This document shows, piece by piece, positions 9,096-19,983 of a stretch of 54,187 bases of DNA. Each line of letters opens with the position of its first letter. Position 1 is the first letter of the stretch. The DNA comes from a virus (lineage: Duplodnaviria; Caudoviricetes). The stretch spans positions 1 to 54,187 of the IMG/VR virus record IMGVR_UViG_3300009425_003086, one strand, 5' to 3'. The position numbers and the translations under genes were made by a program. Under the pieces are notes generated by a model. That model did no database searches, was not told where the DNA came from, and was given only the letters and a program-made list of their open reading frames with translations.

Positions 9096-10640
9096 ATGGC
9101 ATTAATTGACAGCTTAGAGCATACTACCCTTAAGGACTTTCCTAAATATACAGGCTATCAGCCACTAATTAGAAAAGACATTAAGAATCCTCCTATATAC
9201 AATTCTGTTAGTAAACAGGTTGAAGCTAGAGGAGATGATGTTTTAAGGTTAAGTAAGTTGATGGTTACAGGACCGGGAATAAAATTTATGGGCAATGTAG
9301 CTACCCTTAATGCTATAGATAAAGGTAGAAGTGCTGCCCCTCTTCAAAGAGGTAGGTTAGCATCATCTGATAATACTTCTTTTGGAGACGTACTTAGTTT
9401 TATAGGAGCCGTCTTTGCTTCAGCAGGTCAATTAGCTTTAAATACTGTAGCAATTACTGCAGAAACTATAGCTCAAGCAGGATTAGCAGGTTCCGGAACA
9501 CATTTAGTATTAGGATTTAAAGGTAAACAAGGGTACCTAAGAAGACAACAAGGTCATGTTTTTTCAAGTCAAGGAAAAGAAGTTCCAATCCCTAATTCAT
9601 TTGTTAGTGAACTTAGAGATGGAGACTCAAAAACATTTGATCAAAATAAGTTAAAATACGGTAATAGGCATTCTGCAAAAGATTATGCTTATGATCAACC
9701 TAGAAACGGGATATCTACAGAAGACCCATTATCAAATATAGTAGAAACTTTAACTTCACAACCATCAGTAAAAGGTGATAGAAAACTTTATGACTTTACC
9801 TCTAAAGAATATAAAGTAATTGAATCTAAAATAGTTAAAGAAGAAAGACTAGGATTAGGAAGAACAGCCGGCAGAGGTTTATCAAGATATACTGCAAACT
9901 ATACCTCAAAATCTCCAGAAACAGCTAGAGATAAAATTAACATGATGGGCCCACATACTGGGGAAAACTTCTTTAATGAGGACTTTATAAAATTTAATTT
10001 TGAAGTAATAGACCCAGATGAAGGAGAAGAAAATACATTCTTATACTTTAGAGCTTATCTAGATTCTTTTTCAGATTCATATACTGGGAATTGGAATGCT
10101 CATAAGTATTTAGGAAGAGGAGAAGATTTTCATACTTACGGTGGGTTTAGTAGAGCAATAAGCTTTGGATTTAAATCAGCGGTTATGACAAGAGAGGAAT
10201 TAAAACCAATGTACCATAAACTAAACGTTTTAGCTTCAACAACAGCACCAACATACCATTCACAACAAAGCTTTATGAGAGGTACTATAGTTAATGTTAC
10301 TATAGGGGATTACCTTGTATCTCAACCAGGTTTCTTTAGTGCAGTTAACTATACTTGGAATACTACCTACCCTTGGGAGACTAAGTTAAATCCACATGAA
10401 AATACACAACAGTTACCTCATATACTTGATTGTGCGTTAACGTTCACACCAATTCATACATTTGCACCTCAAACAGGTAACTTCCATTATTCAACTAACC
10501 CAAGTGATAATAAATTCTTTAAACAAGATACAGCTATTGCTAATTTAGAATCAATGACAGAACAAGTAACAGGGTATGTAGAATCTGGTATAGATTTTTT
10601 AACTGAAGCAGCTGAAGGCGGAACCCATGATTTAAGTTAA
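9096..10640 (+). CDS. Putative baseplate / tail-tube-initiator protein
   Basis: C-terminal FRAYLDSFSDSYTGNW..YLGRGE..TYGGFSRAISFGF tube-like domain; position after tape measure. Confidence 0.6.
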   Translation: MALIDSLEHTTLKDFPKYTGYQPLIRKDIKNPPIYNSVSKQVEARGDDVLRLSKLMVTGPGIKFMGNVATLNAIDKGRSAAPLQRGRLASSDNTSFGDVLSFIGAVFASAGQLALNTVAITAETIAQAGLAGSGTHLVLGFKGKQGYLRRQQGHVFSSQGKEVPIPNSFVSELRDGDSKTFDQNKLKYGNRHSAKDYAYDQPRNGISTEDPLSNIVETLTSQPSVKGDRKLYDFTSKEYKVIESKIVKEERLGLGRTAGRGLSRYTANYTSKSPETARDKINMMGPHTGENFFNEDFIKFNFEVIDPDEGEENTFLYFRAYLDSFSDSYTGNWNAHKYLGRGEDFHTYGGFSRAISFGFKSAVMTREELKPMYHKLNVLASTTAPTYHSQQSFMRGTIVNVTIGDYLVSQPGFFSAVNYTWNTTYPWETKLNPHENTQQLPHILDCALTFTPIHTFAPQTGNFHYSTNPSDNKFFKQDTAIANLESMTEQVTGYVESGIDFLTEAAEGGTHDLS

Positions 10641-10659
10641 ATTTAATTTATAATAATTA

Positions 10660-10962
10660 ATGGACAGATATAATCAAATAAAGAAACTTAGGAGCGAAGA
10701 TAATCGAGTATATTATCTCAACCCCATATACCCAGATATACCTGAAACTGAGGAAGATATTTATGTTATTACCACAGGAGGCGATAGATATGATACACTA
10801 GCTCAACAGTTTTATAAAGATAGCACCCTTTGGTGGGCTATAGCATCAGCAAATACTTCTGTGAGAGATAGCTTAGCAGTTAAACCAGGAGTACAGTTAC
10901 GAATTCCTTTAAATAAACAAAGAGTATTACAGCTGTACAGATCCGCAAATAGAACAAGGTAA
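10660..10962 (+). CDS. LysM-like baseplate wedge protein (gp53/tail-X-like)
   Basis: GDRYDTLAQQFYKDSTLWWAIASAN...GVQLRIP. Confidence 0.8.
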   Translation: MDRYNQIKKLRSEDNRVYYLNPIYPDIPETEEDIYVITTGGDRYDTLAQQFYKDSTLWWAIASANTSVRDSLAVKPGVQLRIPLNKQRVLQLYRSANRTR

Positions 10963-13322
10963 TGGCTAGACGAAAACCAGATCTTTTTTTAGGAACCCCT
11001 TTTGGATCCGCAATTAACCCAGCAGTTATAAAACAAATATCTGCTCGATCTAGAGTTCTAAGTAAAAGAACAAGATCTTCTGAAGAAATATCCCTACTAA
11101 ATAGTAATACTTCTTGGCTAAGAATCTCTTCAGCAGCATCAATAGGAGGATCTCCAGATTCAGCTAAAAATAACATACTCTTTGGTGGAACTGCATTGAC
11201 AGAAAAAAAGAGTTTTCTACTAAGACAAGGACTTGATCTTGATAAACCTTCAACTTCTACATATCAAAATCATCCAACTGATAGAGGAATAGTACCAATG
11301 CCCGGTATTACTTCTTTCTCTAGTAAATATCAAGGGCTCTCGGGAGTAATGAAAACAGAGTTTACTTTCAAATGCTTTAATCATGAAGAGTTTCAATTAT
11401 TTGAAAAACTATACGCTAAAATAGGATGTACGTTACTAGTAGAGTATGGCAACAGCATTTATATAAATAACACAGGAGATGTTATATCAAATTCAGAAGC
11501 TATAAATACATTTTTTAAATCCAACTTAACTGAACAGAAACTCCTTTTTGAAATAGAAGCATTAAGACAAAATTCTGATCAAAATTATGAAGCAAGTATC
11601 TGTACTATTTCTAACTACAGTATTAGTTTTCAATCTGATGGAAGCTTTGATTTTAAAATTTCATGTATTTCAAAAGGTCAAATTTTAGAAGCTTTGAAAG
11701 CTACAGGAGCTCCAAAACCTACATTAGCAGGGCCTGGATCAGTAGTCCCACCAATAGAGTTAAAACAGTTAATATCAGGAAACTCTCCTTTTACAACAGC
11801 GTTTGGATCACCTGCTTCAATAGGAACACCAGTTCCATTGTTAGGAACCGGGATTGCGGTCAACCTGGCTTTGAAGTATATAACACCCCCGAAAGAAAAA
11901 TTCAAATTAAAACTTGGAAAAGGACTAAATTTAGATGAACTTGCTGATGTGAGATTTGATAATTCAAAATCACCTGTACTTGATATACTTTCATTTTATA
12001 AAAATTTCGGAACAAATCATGAGGAATTACTAAGTAAGTTAAATGAGAAGTATTGTAATATGCAATGGAATACCCAAGATGCAGGTATATTTTTGCAAAA
12101 AGCTGATTCCGGTAATTTTGATAAAGATTTGATATATATTAAGTTAAAAACTTGGCTTAAGATAATAAGTTATACATTAATACCTACTGCCAATGGAGGT
12201 GAAAAAGTAGTAAGAATCCCTTATGAAGATCTCTTTACCCGATATACTACCTACTCTAACCATTTTGCACTAGACCCTAGTATATGTATTTTACCTAAGA
12301 TGCCTGTAAATGAAAACTTATATACCGGTTATCGTAAAAAAAATATATTTACAGCCCCTAACGGAGAAAATATCTATAATATTTGGTTAGAGACTAGTAT
12401 GCTCTACAACACACTAAGAGAACTTTCAAAACAAAAAAAAGAAAACGGTGAAGTAGATTTAATAACCTATATGCAAACAGTGCTCGAAAAGGTAGATGTG
12501 AATTTGGGAGGTATAACTGATTTAAATATCAATTACTATTCTAAAGCTGGTTTTTTTGCTATTGTTGACGAAGGAGCTAATAAACAAGAATTATTAAATA
12601 GAACAACACTGCAACTACAAGGTCAAGAATCGATATTTACGAATGTATCAATGAATACTAAAGTATCGTCCGCAGTCGCTACCCAAACTGCTATAGAGAC
12701 AAGAGCTAATACATCAAGTCAACTAGTATCTTCATTTGAAGGAGTAGTGGATAGATTAAAAACAGAAATAAAAGAAACTACAGGAACACCAACAGAAAAG
12801 CTTACTGATGAAGAACTAGAGGAATGGAAGAAGGAGCAGTTAGCAATATCCAAAGAACCAACAAAACCAATACCTGCTGCTATAGAGAGGTACGAAGCTG
12901 CTATTAATAAATTTGTAGGACAAGGGCAGATAGATAAAGGTGAATTTGAAACACTTACAGGGCATTATGCTGACTATGCAAAAAAAGAAATTACTAGATT
13001 GTATTTAGACTTCCCAGCTGGAAGATTACCTTTTGAATTATCCTTCACTATGGACGGAATCTCAGGAATAAGTGTTGGAGAAATGTTTAGAATAGCACCA
13101 GGTCTTGTACCCGACTATTTATCATTAAGATCTAGCTATAAAATTACCAGCATAGCTCAAAAAATAACTGCAAATAAATGGACAACAGAGGTATCATCAG
13201 CACCTCAAATAGATATGGGCCCATCAGGAGATAGATTTGAAGAAAAAGAGGACCCAGATCTAGCAAAAGCATTAAATGCTGAAGTAGCTACTCAAATAGA
13301 GAAAAACTCAGAAACAGAATAA
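10962..13322 (+). CDS. Putative baseplate hub protein
   Basis: PMPGITS, LLVEYG; C-terminal PFELSFTMDGISGI..F and YKITSIAQKITANKWTTEV. Confidence 0.6.
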   Translation: MARRKPDLFLGTPFGSAINPAVIKQISARSRVLSKRTRSSEEISLLNSNTSWLRISSAASIGGSPDSAKNNILFGGTALTEKKSFLLRQGLDLDKPSTSTYQNHPTDRGIVPMPGITSFSSKYQGLSGVMKTEFTFKCFNHEEFQLFEKLYAKIGCTLLVEYGNSIYINNTGDVISNSEAINTFFKSNLTEQKLLFEIEALRQNSDQNYEASICTISNYSISFQSDGSFDFKISCISKGQILEALKATGAPKPTLAGPGSVVPPIELKQLISGNSPFTTAFGSPASIGTPVPLLGTGIAVNLALKYITPPKEKFKLKLGKGLNLDELADVRFDNSKSPVLDILSFYKNFGTNHEELLSKLNEKYCNMQWNTQDAGIFLQKADSGNFDKDLIYIKLKTWLKIISYTLIPTANGGEKVVRIPYEDLFTRYTTYSNHFALDPSICILPKMPVNENLYTGYRKKNIFTAPNGENIYNIWLETSMLYNTLRELSKQKKENGEVDLITYMQTVLEKVDVNLGGITDLNINYYSKAGFFAIVDEGANKQELLNRTTLQLQGQESIFTNVSMNTKVSSAVATQTAIETRANTSSQLVSSFEGVVDRLKTEIKETTGTPTEKLTDEELEEWKKEQLAISKEPTKPIPAAIERYEAAINKFVGQGQIDKGEFETLTGHYADYAKKEITRLYLDFPAGRLPFELSFTMDGISGISVGEMFRIAPGLVPDYLSLRSSYKITSIAQKITANKWTTEVSSAPQIDMGPSGDRFEEKEDPDLAKALNAEVATQIEKNSETE

Positions 13323-13323
13323 T

Positions 13324-15171
13324 ATGTCGTTTTATCCAAAATCAATGATAAAGAAATTGCAACCAGGTATAGACTTACTTGGTGGTGACTTTGGAGTATT
13401 AGAGGGTTTGTTTAAAAAAGCTATGGAACAGCTCTTTAGAAGAGCATTAGGCCTTTCCGATGATGAAGCAACACCTGATAGTACAACCGGTAGTACAGCT
13501 GATAGTACAGCTTTATTGACTAAACCAACACCTGCAGATATAGTACTACTACAAACGAGAAACTTACAGATAATTGCATTACCTAAAAAAGAATATGAGG
13601 TAGGTAACTTTCAAAATGCAATTATAATTACTAATGAAGTTACTGGAGACCCAACAACAGACCCAGTAATTAAAAGACATTACTCTAGGCCATATCTTCC
13701 CGATTATCAAAAAGGATATTATGATAGGTATTTATTTTTTGATATAAGAACTAAAGAAGTTATAGAAGTTACCGAAAGAGACTATATTAAATATAGAGAT
13801 TTAAGATATAAAAGGACTACTATTATTTCTTGGTATATTTTAGGAGCAGCAGAAGACTACAGACTCGAAAACTACATATACCCAGGAGTAGAGAATAATA
13901 ATATAGATGTTTTAGCACAAGCTGAAATTGACGTACCCGGAGTTACTGACTTTTTTAAACTCTATAAAGGTTTTACAGAACACTTACTGAGTGATATTTC
14001 TGAGTATGACGGAGCTGTAGAAGTTATAGAAGATTTAGAAGAACCACCACCACCACCAACTGATGAGGAAATAGCAGAAGAAGAAGATTTATCACCTGCA
14101 GAAGAAATAGCCGAATTACCTGCTCCAATTGATATGGATTTAGATGAAATAACATCTGGTTTGGATGAAGCAGAAGGGTTGCAAGATGACATAGATGCAG
14201 CAGCTGAACAATTAATCGCCGATCAAGATGCTATAACCAAGGAAATGGAAGATGATTTAGCAGATCAAGAACGTAGAATAGCACAATTAGAATTAGAGCA
14301 AGAAAGACAGCAAAGAATAAATGATTTAAAAATGATTATCGATGTAGAAGAAATGAATCTTACTCAAGATATTATTAATTGGAGTTCTAAAGCTAGAAGA
14401 AAAAAGAAAAGAAGAAGATTAGATCAAACCCGCGATGAAACTAAAATAAACACATTATTTGATATAGTATTTAACGGAAATAAACACCCAGAACTGTATA
14501 CCGGAGAAGAAATGGTTATATCAACTAATGAAAGTTCATTAAGAAGTAGAGTTAAGCTATCATTAAGCGCTAAGAAGATTACAGCTGTTTGGACAAGAAA
14601 CCAAGGAGATACTTATTATGCTAGTAGTTATTCTATGAAAAATGGACGTACAGTCACAGGAGAACATGCAAAACTCTATTCTGATTTTGCAGCAGCTACC
14701 CCATCTACACCTGCAGGCACAACTCAAGCCGATTATGATGCTATAACTCTAACTACTGAACAATCAGACGCTGCATTAGGGGTATTAACAGCACGGGAAA
14801 GGAACCAAGTACCAGCCTTAAGAGCCAAAGCACTACAGTTTATGAAAGATGAAATCTTAACAGCACAATCTACAGGAGGAGAATTTAGAATTACAATTGC
14901 TCGTCAAAACGTATACAATAGGTATAAAAGTTTTAAATTTGAAAATAGCGGTAATACGGAATATAGCAAAAGGGGTAATTACGAAGGAGGAACATCAACA
15001 GGTTCCACCCAACAGACTAGAGGTAACATAGTTGACGGACAATCTATAGGTACTAGAGGTACTAGAAAAGGAACCACCCCAACAAAATCTGGAGGAGGAG
15101 ACCGAAGCCGTAAAATGCAACAAAACTCTTCTTTATATGATTCTAACAGACCTACTCGTAGAGAATCTTAA
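13324..15171 (+). CDS. Hypothetical tail-module protein with acidic and low-complexity regions
   Basis: 615 aa; PDYQKGYYDRY domain, acidic coiled coil, basic KARRKKKRRR, G/T-rich tail. Confidence 0.6.
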   Translation: MSFYPKSMIKKLQPGIDLLGGDFGVLEGLFKKAMEQLFRRALGLSDDEATPDSTTGSTADSTALLTKPTPADIVLLQTRNLQIIALPKKEYEVGNFQNAIIITNEVTGDPTTDPVIKRHYSRPYLPDYQKGYYDRYLFFDIRTKEVIEVTERDYIKYRDLRYKRTTIISWYILGAAEDYRLENYIYPGVENNNIDVLAQAEIDVPGVTDFFKLYKGFTEHLLSDISEYDGAVEVIEDLEEPPPPPTDEEIAEEEDLSPAEEIAELPAPIDMDLDEITSGLDEAEGLQDDIDAAAEQLIADQDAITKEMEDDLADQERRIAQLELEQERQQRINDLKMIIDVEEMNLTQDIINWSSKARRKKKRRRLDQTRDETKINTLFDIVFNGNKHPELYTGEEMVISTNESSLRSRVKLSLSAKKITAVWTRNQGDTYYASSYSMKNGRTVTGEHAKLYSDFAAATPSTPAGTTQADYDAITLTTEQSDAALGVLTARERNQVPALRAKALQFMKDEILTAQSTGGEFRITIARQNVYNRYKSFKFENSGNTEYSKRGNYEGGTSTGSTQQTRGNIVDGQSIGTRGTRKGTTPTKSGGGDRSRKMQQNSSLYDSNRPTRRES

Positions 15172-15189
15172 TAAAAAAGTATAAAATAG

Positions 15190-15220
15190 TTGCCTATAGC
15201 TATTATTTTTCTTATATTTA
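15190..15220 (+). promoter_or_regulatory. Bacteroidota-type -33/-7 promoter
   Basis: TTG-N20-TATATTTA. Confidence 0.7.
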
Positions 15221-15239
15221 ATTAAAATAGGTTATAAAA

Positions 15240-16562
15240 ATGTTTTATATAGTTGAAAGCGACAAACAGCTAAAGAGGTTAGAAAAGTACAAAGATATAC
15301 CTACTTATGTAGAAGCAGTACCATCTAATTTTTCGTATCATCCCAAATTAGCAGATACAGTAGGAGTTTATATTAGACCTATAACCTTAGATAAAGGATT
15401 CATAGTTCCAATCGATCATGAAGAAGGTTTAAATGTAGAGAAAGACCGTCTCTATGATATTTTAAAGCAATTTACTACTCTATATACTGTAGATAGGAAA
15501 GCATTGTTGTATCACTTTAATTTACTTAATAGCAACGATATTTCTCTGCTGTATATGATGAAGAAGTATGACAGATTACAGATACCAGATTATAATAAAG
15601 GAATCAACCATTTTTACAATAAATTTGATGATGATATAAGTATTAATAAGGTAATTCCTATTAGTAAACTATATGAATATTATGAAACTGTATTTGAAAA
15701 AATTAAAGGAGTAATAGAGGAAGAAAAACCTTCTGGGTTTGATTTTTATAATACTACAGCTACTAATGTATTCTTTTTATTAGAACAACAAGGATTAGGA
15801 GTATTTTATAACGCTTTCATTGAATTATTTAATCCTAGAAATCCTATTTTTAATATTACTAATAATATAGCACTAACTTCCTATAATTTATACAATGTTA
15901 CATCTAGGCCTACCAATTCTTTCAACAGTGTGAATTTTGCTGCAATTCCACATACCGAATCCCACCGAAAATCCTTTAAACCCCAAAACGATTTTTTTGT
16001 AGAATTTGATTTCGATGGGTACCACCTTCGATTACTCTGTCATCAGATTGGTTATAAATTAACTGATAAACCAGCTCATAAGCAATTAGCTAAACACTAC
16101 TTCGGTACTGAGGATATAACAGATGAACAGTATAAACAAGCAAAACAGATAAATTTCCATGCAATATATGGGAAGATACCTAAAGAACATGAAAACTTAG
16201 AGGTATTTAAGTTAATAAAAAAATATATTGCGGATATGTGGACTGTGTATGAAGAACAAGGTGTTGTATGTGATCCTATATCAAATAAACCATTCACTAA
16301 AGAACTAAAAGACATGCATCCCGCTAAATTAATGAATTATATGATGCAAAGCTTGGAAACTTCAAGAAATATTCTTATATTAAAGAATGTTCTACGGTTT
16401 TTAAAAGATAGAAAAACTAAAATCGCATTATACACCTATGACTCAGTGTTATTCGATTTTAATAAAGAAGATAAAGAAATACTAGATGAGTTAGAGAACG
16501 TGCTGAGCGAAGATGGGAAGTACCCTGTCAAGTTTAAGTCTTCTAAAAACCTGGTTTTATAA
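15240..16562 (+). CDS. Short, divergent family A DNA polymerase-like protein
   Basis: TSRPTN; motif A EFDFDGYHLR; motif B AKQINFHAIYG; NYMMQSLET; motif C YTYDS. Confidence 0.75.
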   Translation: MFYIVESDKQLKRLEKYKDIPTYVEAVPSNFSYHPKLADTVGVYIRPITLDKGFIVPIDHEEGLNVEKDRLYDILKQFTTLYTVDRKALLYHFNLLNSNDISLLYMMKKYDRLQIPDYNKGINHFYNKFDDDISINKVIPISKLYEYYETVFEKIKGVIEEEKPSGFDFYNTTATNVFFLLEQQGLGVFYNAFIELFNPRNPIFNITNNIALTSYNLYNVTSRPTNSFNSVNFAAIPHTESHRKSFKPQNDFFVEFDFDGYHLRLLCHQIGYKLTDKPAHKQLAKHYFGTEDITDEQYKQAKQINFHAIYGKIPKEHENLEVFKLIKKYIADMWTVYEEQGVVCDPISNKPFTKELKDMHPAKLMNYMMQSLETSRNILILKNVLRFLKDRKTKIALYTYDSVLFDFNKEDKEILDELENVLSEDGKYPVKFKSSKNLVL

Positions 16563-16584
16563 AATAATATAATATTTATAACAA

Positions 16585-17043
16585 ATGGAAAATGTTTTGG
16601 CAAGGCCGGTATTTGATTACGATATCGACGTAACACCCCTAACTGGAGATATGAATAATAAGCTTTTCTGTACTTTCTCAACAGAAACAGACCTAGAAAA
16701 CAATCTAGCTCAGATAAAAGAGAAGTATAAAATAATATACAACAAAATCTTTGTGCTTTATTCAAAGAGCCAAGACGAGTATATCTGTACCTATAATGTA
16801 GATTTCGGAAATGTATCTGCATTTCTAGATAATACAATACTTGTACATAGAAAAAAAGAAACCAACACACTTTATACAATTAACGCTCTAAATACATTAA
16901 TTAAGTCAATTAATGGAGGAGTGCTTGATACAAGCTATAAGGTCGATTGGACTGATTATAGGAATTGCGTCCTCCTAACCAAAGGACCGGAGTTAAAAAG
17001 GATTAATACTAAACTTTTTCGTATAATAGAGTTGGTCCCCTGA
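16585..17043 (+). CDS. Hypothetical protein in replication cluster
   Basis: 152 aa; NKLFCTF, HRKKETNTLYTINALN; preceded by TATTTATA at 16573. Confidence 0.7.
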   Translation: MENVLARPVFDYDIDVTPLTGDMNNKLFCTFSTETDLENNLAQIKEKYKIIYNKIFVLYSKSQDEYICTYNVDFGNVSAFLDNTILVHRKKETNTLYTINALNTLIKSINGGVLDTSYKVDWTDYRNCVLLTKGPELKRINTKLFRIIELVP

Positions 17044-17062
17044 TCTTTTTTTCGTATATTAA
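17032..17062 (+). promoter_or_regulatory. Bacteroidota-type -33/-7 promoter
   Basis: TTG-N20-TATATTAA. Confidence 0.7.
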
Positions 17063-17090
17063 TTAAATAAGTTATAAATAAAACAAAGTT

Positions 17091-17867
17091 ATGGATTTAA
17101 ATGCAATTAAAGCAAAGCTCGGTGAGCTAAACAGTAACTCTGGAGACAGAGAAAAAAAAGACTACTCAAAGATATTTTGGAAACCTGAGATAGGTAAACA
17201 AGTAGTAAGAATTCTACCATCACATTTTGACCCTGCGTTCCCATTTAAGGAATTAAAGTTTCATTACGGTGTAGGTAAATATCCTATGGTAGCTCTATCT
17301 AATTTTGGTAAACAAGATCCGGTAGAAGAGTTTGTTAATGAATTAAAAAAGACATCTGATAAAGATAACTGGTCATTAGCAGGAAAACTAACTCCGAAAA
17401 CTAGAATATTTGCTCCGGTAGTAGTAAGAGGTCAAGAAGACCAAGGAGTAAGATTATGGGGATTTGGAGTAACAATTTACAAAGCACTTCTAGCACTAGC
17501 AGAAGATGAAGATGTAGGTGATTACACTGATGTTATTAATGGATGGGACTTAGTTGTAGAACAAGCCACAGGTAATCCTTACCCAGTAACAACTGTAAGA
17601 ATCAAACCAAAACAAACACCATTATCAGACAATAATGACAACGTGAAACTATGGTTAAAAGAACAACCATCACCAGAAGAGTCATTTACACAGTATGATT
17701 ATGAGTTTATCAAGAGACAACTAAAGAGTTACTTAGACCCTAACGCAGAGGAGACTAATACTCCAGCAGCAGAACCATCGGCAGCAGTTAAGACTGACTT
17801 TACGTTGGCCAAAGCAGGAACAGGTAATGATAAAGTAAGCAAATTCGACGATCTTTTTAACGAATAA
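17091..17867 (+). CDS. Single-stranded DNA-binding protein (T4 gp32-like)
   Basis: FWKP..GKQVVRILP, GVRLWGFG, acidic C-terminus KFDDLFNE. Confidence 0.8.
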   Translation: MDLNAIKAKLGELNSNSGDREKKDYSKIFWKPEIGKQVVRILPSHFDPAFPFKELKFHYGVGKYPMVALSNFGKQDPVEEFVNELKKTSDKDNWSLAGKLTPKTRIFAPVVVRGQEDQGVRLWGFGVTIYKALLALAEDEDVGDYTDVINGWDLVVEQATGNPYPVTTVRIKPKQTPLSDNNDNVKLWLKEQPSPEESFTQYDYEFIKRQLKSYLDPNAEETNTPAAEPSAAVKTDFTLAKAGTGNDKVSKFDDLFNE

Positions 17868-17873
17868 ATAAAC

Positions 17874-18947
17874 ATGACAGTAAAGAAAAAACAAGTTATA
17901 GAAGCCGCATCTGCGATCGTCAAAAAAAATTTTGACTTAAGTAAGTTTAAAAAGAAGAAAGGTTTTTCTAATTCATCAGTAAAATTTAAAGAACAGGGTT
18001 GGATACCTCTATCAAAAGCATTTGTAAATATAACATCTTTACCGGGCATACCAACTGGACATATAACATTACTACGTGGACATAGTGATACTGGGAAAAC
18101 CACAGCACTAATAGAAGCAGCAGTGAATGCACAGAAAATGGGAATTTTACCTGTATTCATTATAACGGAGATGAAATGGTCTTGGGATCATGCTAAAATG
18201 ATGGGATTAGAGCTTGCAGAGTTAAAAGACTCTGAAGGTGATGTAACAGATTACGATGGCTTCTTCCTCTACGCAGATAGAGGTACTATCAACTCCATTG
18301 AAGATGTAGCCGCTTATATGGCTGATCTAATGGATGAACAGACAAAAGGTAATTTACCTCACGATATGTGTTTCTTTTGGGATTCAGTAGGATCTGTACC
18401 ATGTGATCTTTCAATACGTTCTAATAAGAACAATAATGAATGGAATGCAGGAGCAATGTCAACTCAATTTGGAAATAACCTTAATCAAAAGATCTTACTT
18501 TCTAGAAAATTAGGCAATCCTTACACTAATACATTAGTAGCAATAAATAAAGTATGGACTATGAAACCTGAGCATCCTATGGGTCAACCAAAGCTGCAAA
18601 ATAAAGGTGGAATGTCGATGTGGTACGATGCTACATTAGTAGTTACTTTTGGTAACATAACAAACCCTGGAACTTCTAAAATTAAAGCAGTAAAAGACGG
18701 CCTTCAGGTGGAATTCGCCAAACGGACTAATGTACAAGTCGAAAAGAACCATATCGGAGGAGTACAATCCAGAGGTAGGGTAGTAATGACATCACACGGA
18801 TTTATCGAGGATGATAAAAAAGCTATTGATAAGTATAGGGATACACATAAAGAACACTGGTTAAAACTAGTGGGAACAATGGACTTTGACTTAATTGAAC
18901 AAGGCGACTTAGAAGAGGAGAAAATAACTACTAAGTTATTAGATTAA
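17874..18947 (+). CDS. RecA/UvsX-like recombinase
   Basis: Walker A GHSDTGKT, Walker B FFWDS, GIPTGHIT, KGG. Confidence 0.85.
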   Translation: MTVKKKQVIEAASAIVKKNFDLSKFKKKKGFSNSSVKFKEQGWIPLSKAFVNITSLPGIPTGHITLLRGHSDTGKTTALIEAAVNAQKMGILPVFIITEMKWSWDHAKMMGLELAELKDSEGDVTDYDGFFLYADRGTINSIEDVAAYMADLMDEQTKGNLPHDMCFFWDSVGSVPCDLSIRSNKNNNEWNAGAMSTQFGNNLNQKILLSRKLGNPYTNTLVAINKVWTMKPEHPMGQPKLQNKGGMSMWYDATLVVTFGNITNPGTSKIKAVKDGLQVEFAKRTNVQVEKNHIGGVQSRGRVVMTSHGFIEDDKKAIDKYRDTHKEHWLKLVGTMDFDLIEQGDLEEEKITTKLLD

Positions 18948-19978
18948 TGAGCACTAAATACAACAGTATTTTAGAAAACCTTAAAGAAAGACCTCCTCAA
19001 GAGCTAAATGATAATATTATGGTCATTGATGCTATGAATACTTTAATTCGTAGTTTTTCTTTACTAAAAGCAATGAACCCTGACGGTTACCACATAGGTG
19101 GCTTGGTTGGATTTTTACGCTCCCTTGGGTTCTTAGTAAGAACATTCGAACCTAGCAGAGTAATAATAGTATGGGACGGAAAAGGTGGATCAGCTAATAG
19201 AAAGAATATCAATCCTGAATATAAAGCTAATAGAGCTACTAGTAGAATTACTCACTGGGGATTATACGATACAAAAGAAGAAGAAACAGAAGCCCTGATA
19301 GGACAGTTGAATAGAGTACGAGACTACCTTGAATGCTTACCGGTCCAACAAATAATGATGGAGAAATTGGAAGCGGATGATATTATGGCTTATATAGGTA
19401 AGCAAGCTTCTGATTCTAATGTTAAAAAATGCACGATAGTATCTTCAGATAAGGATTTCTTACAATTAGTAGATGATACTATAGAGGTTTATGCACCAAT
19501 AAAGAAAATAGTTTATACAGAAGCTAATATTAGAGAAGGACTAAACGGTATTATACCTGAAAACTACAATATTGTAAAAGCTTTACTTGGAGATAACTCA
19601 GACAACCTAAAAGGAGTAAAAGGTTTAGGTATAAAGACTATTCTTTCACAATTCCCAAAACTTATTGATGATCCTACTATGGAATTAGATTATGTATTCG
19701 GAGTATGTGAAAAGAACTTAGAAGGTAAGAAGATTTTCTCTAAAATACTTACTGCATGGGATCATGTAGAAACTAATTACGAACTTATGAATTTACATGA
19801 GTCTGTGTTGGATGATAACGAAAAAAATCATATATTGGATGTAATGAAAGCAAGTATACCGGATCTACAAGCTGGAGCATTCCTTCATTTACTAGATACA
19901 GATAAAATAGAAGGAATAACTAAGAATACAGAAGGATGGTTAGAAAACTTTAGAAAATTAACAGTTTATAAAAAATAG
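18947..19978 (+). CDS. 5'-3' exonuclease (T4 RNase H / PolI N-domain-like)
   Basis: IDAMN, WDGKGGS, YKANR, EADD, SSDKDFLQL, GDNSDNLKGVKGLG. Confidence 0.92.
   Translation: MSTKYNSILENLKERPPQELNDNIMVIDAMNTLIRSFSLLKAMNPDGYHIGGLVGFLRSLGFLVRTFEPSRVIIVWDGKGGSANRKNINPEYKANRATSRITHWGLYDTKEEETEALIGQLNRVRDYLECLPVQQIMMEKLEADDIMAYIGKQASDSNVKKCTIVSSDKDFLQLVDDTIEVYAPIKKIVYTEANIREGLNGIIPENYNIVKALLGDNSDNLKGVKGLGIKTILSQFPKLIDDPTMELDYVFGVCEKNLEGKKIFSKILTAWDHVETNYELMNLHESVLDDNEKNHILDVMKASIPDLQAGAFLHLLDTDKIEGITKNTEGWLENFRKLTVYKK
19808..19838 (+). promoter_or_regulatory. Possible internal -33/-7 promoter for helicase
   Basis: TTG(19808)-N20-TATATTGG(19831) inside exonuclease CDS. Confidence 0.45.
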
Positions 19979-19983
19979 GTTAT

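Noticed and set aside
2513-13322. Bacterial contractile injection system or tailocin rather than a phage
   Set aside because: Contiguous with phage-type replication, RNR and DNA-modification genes in one co-oriented block
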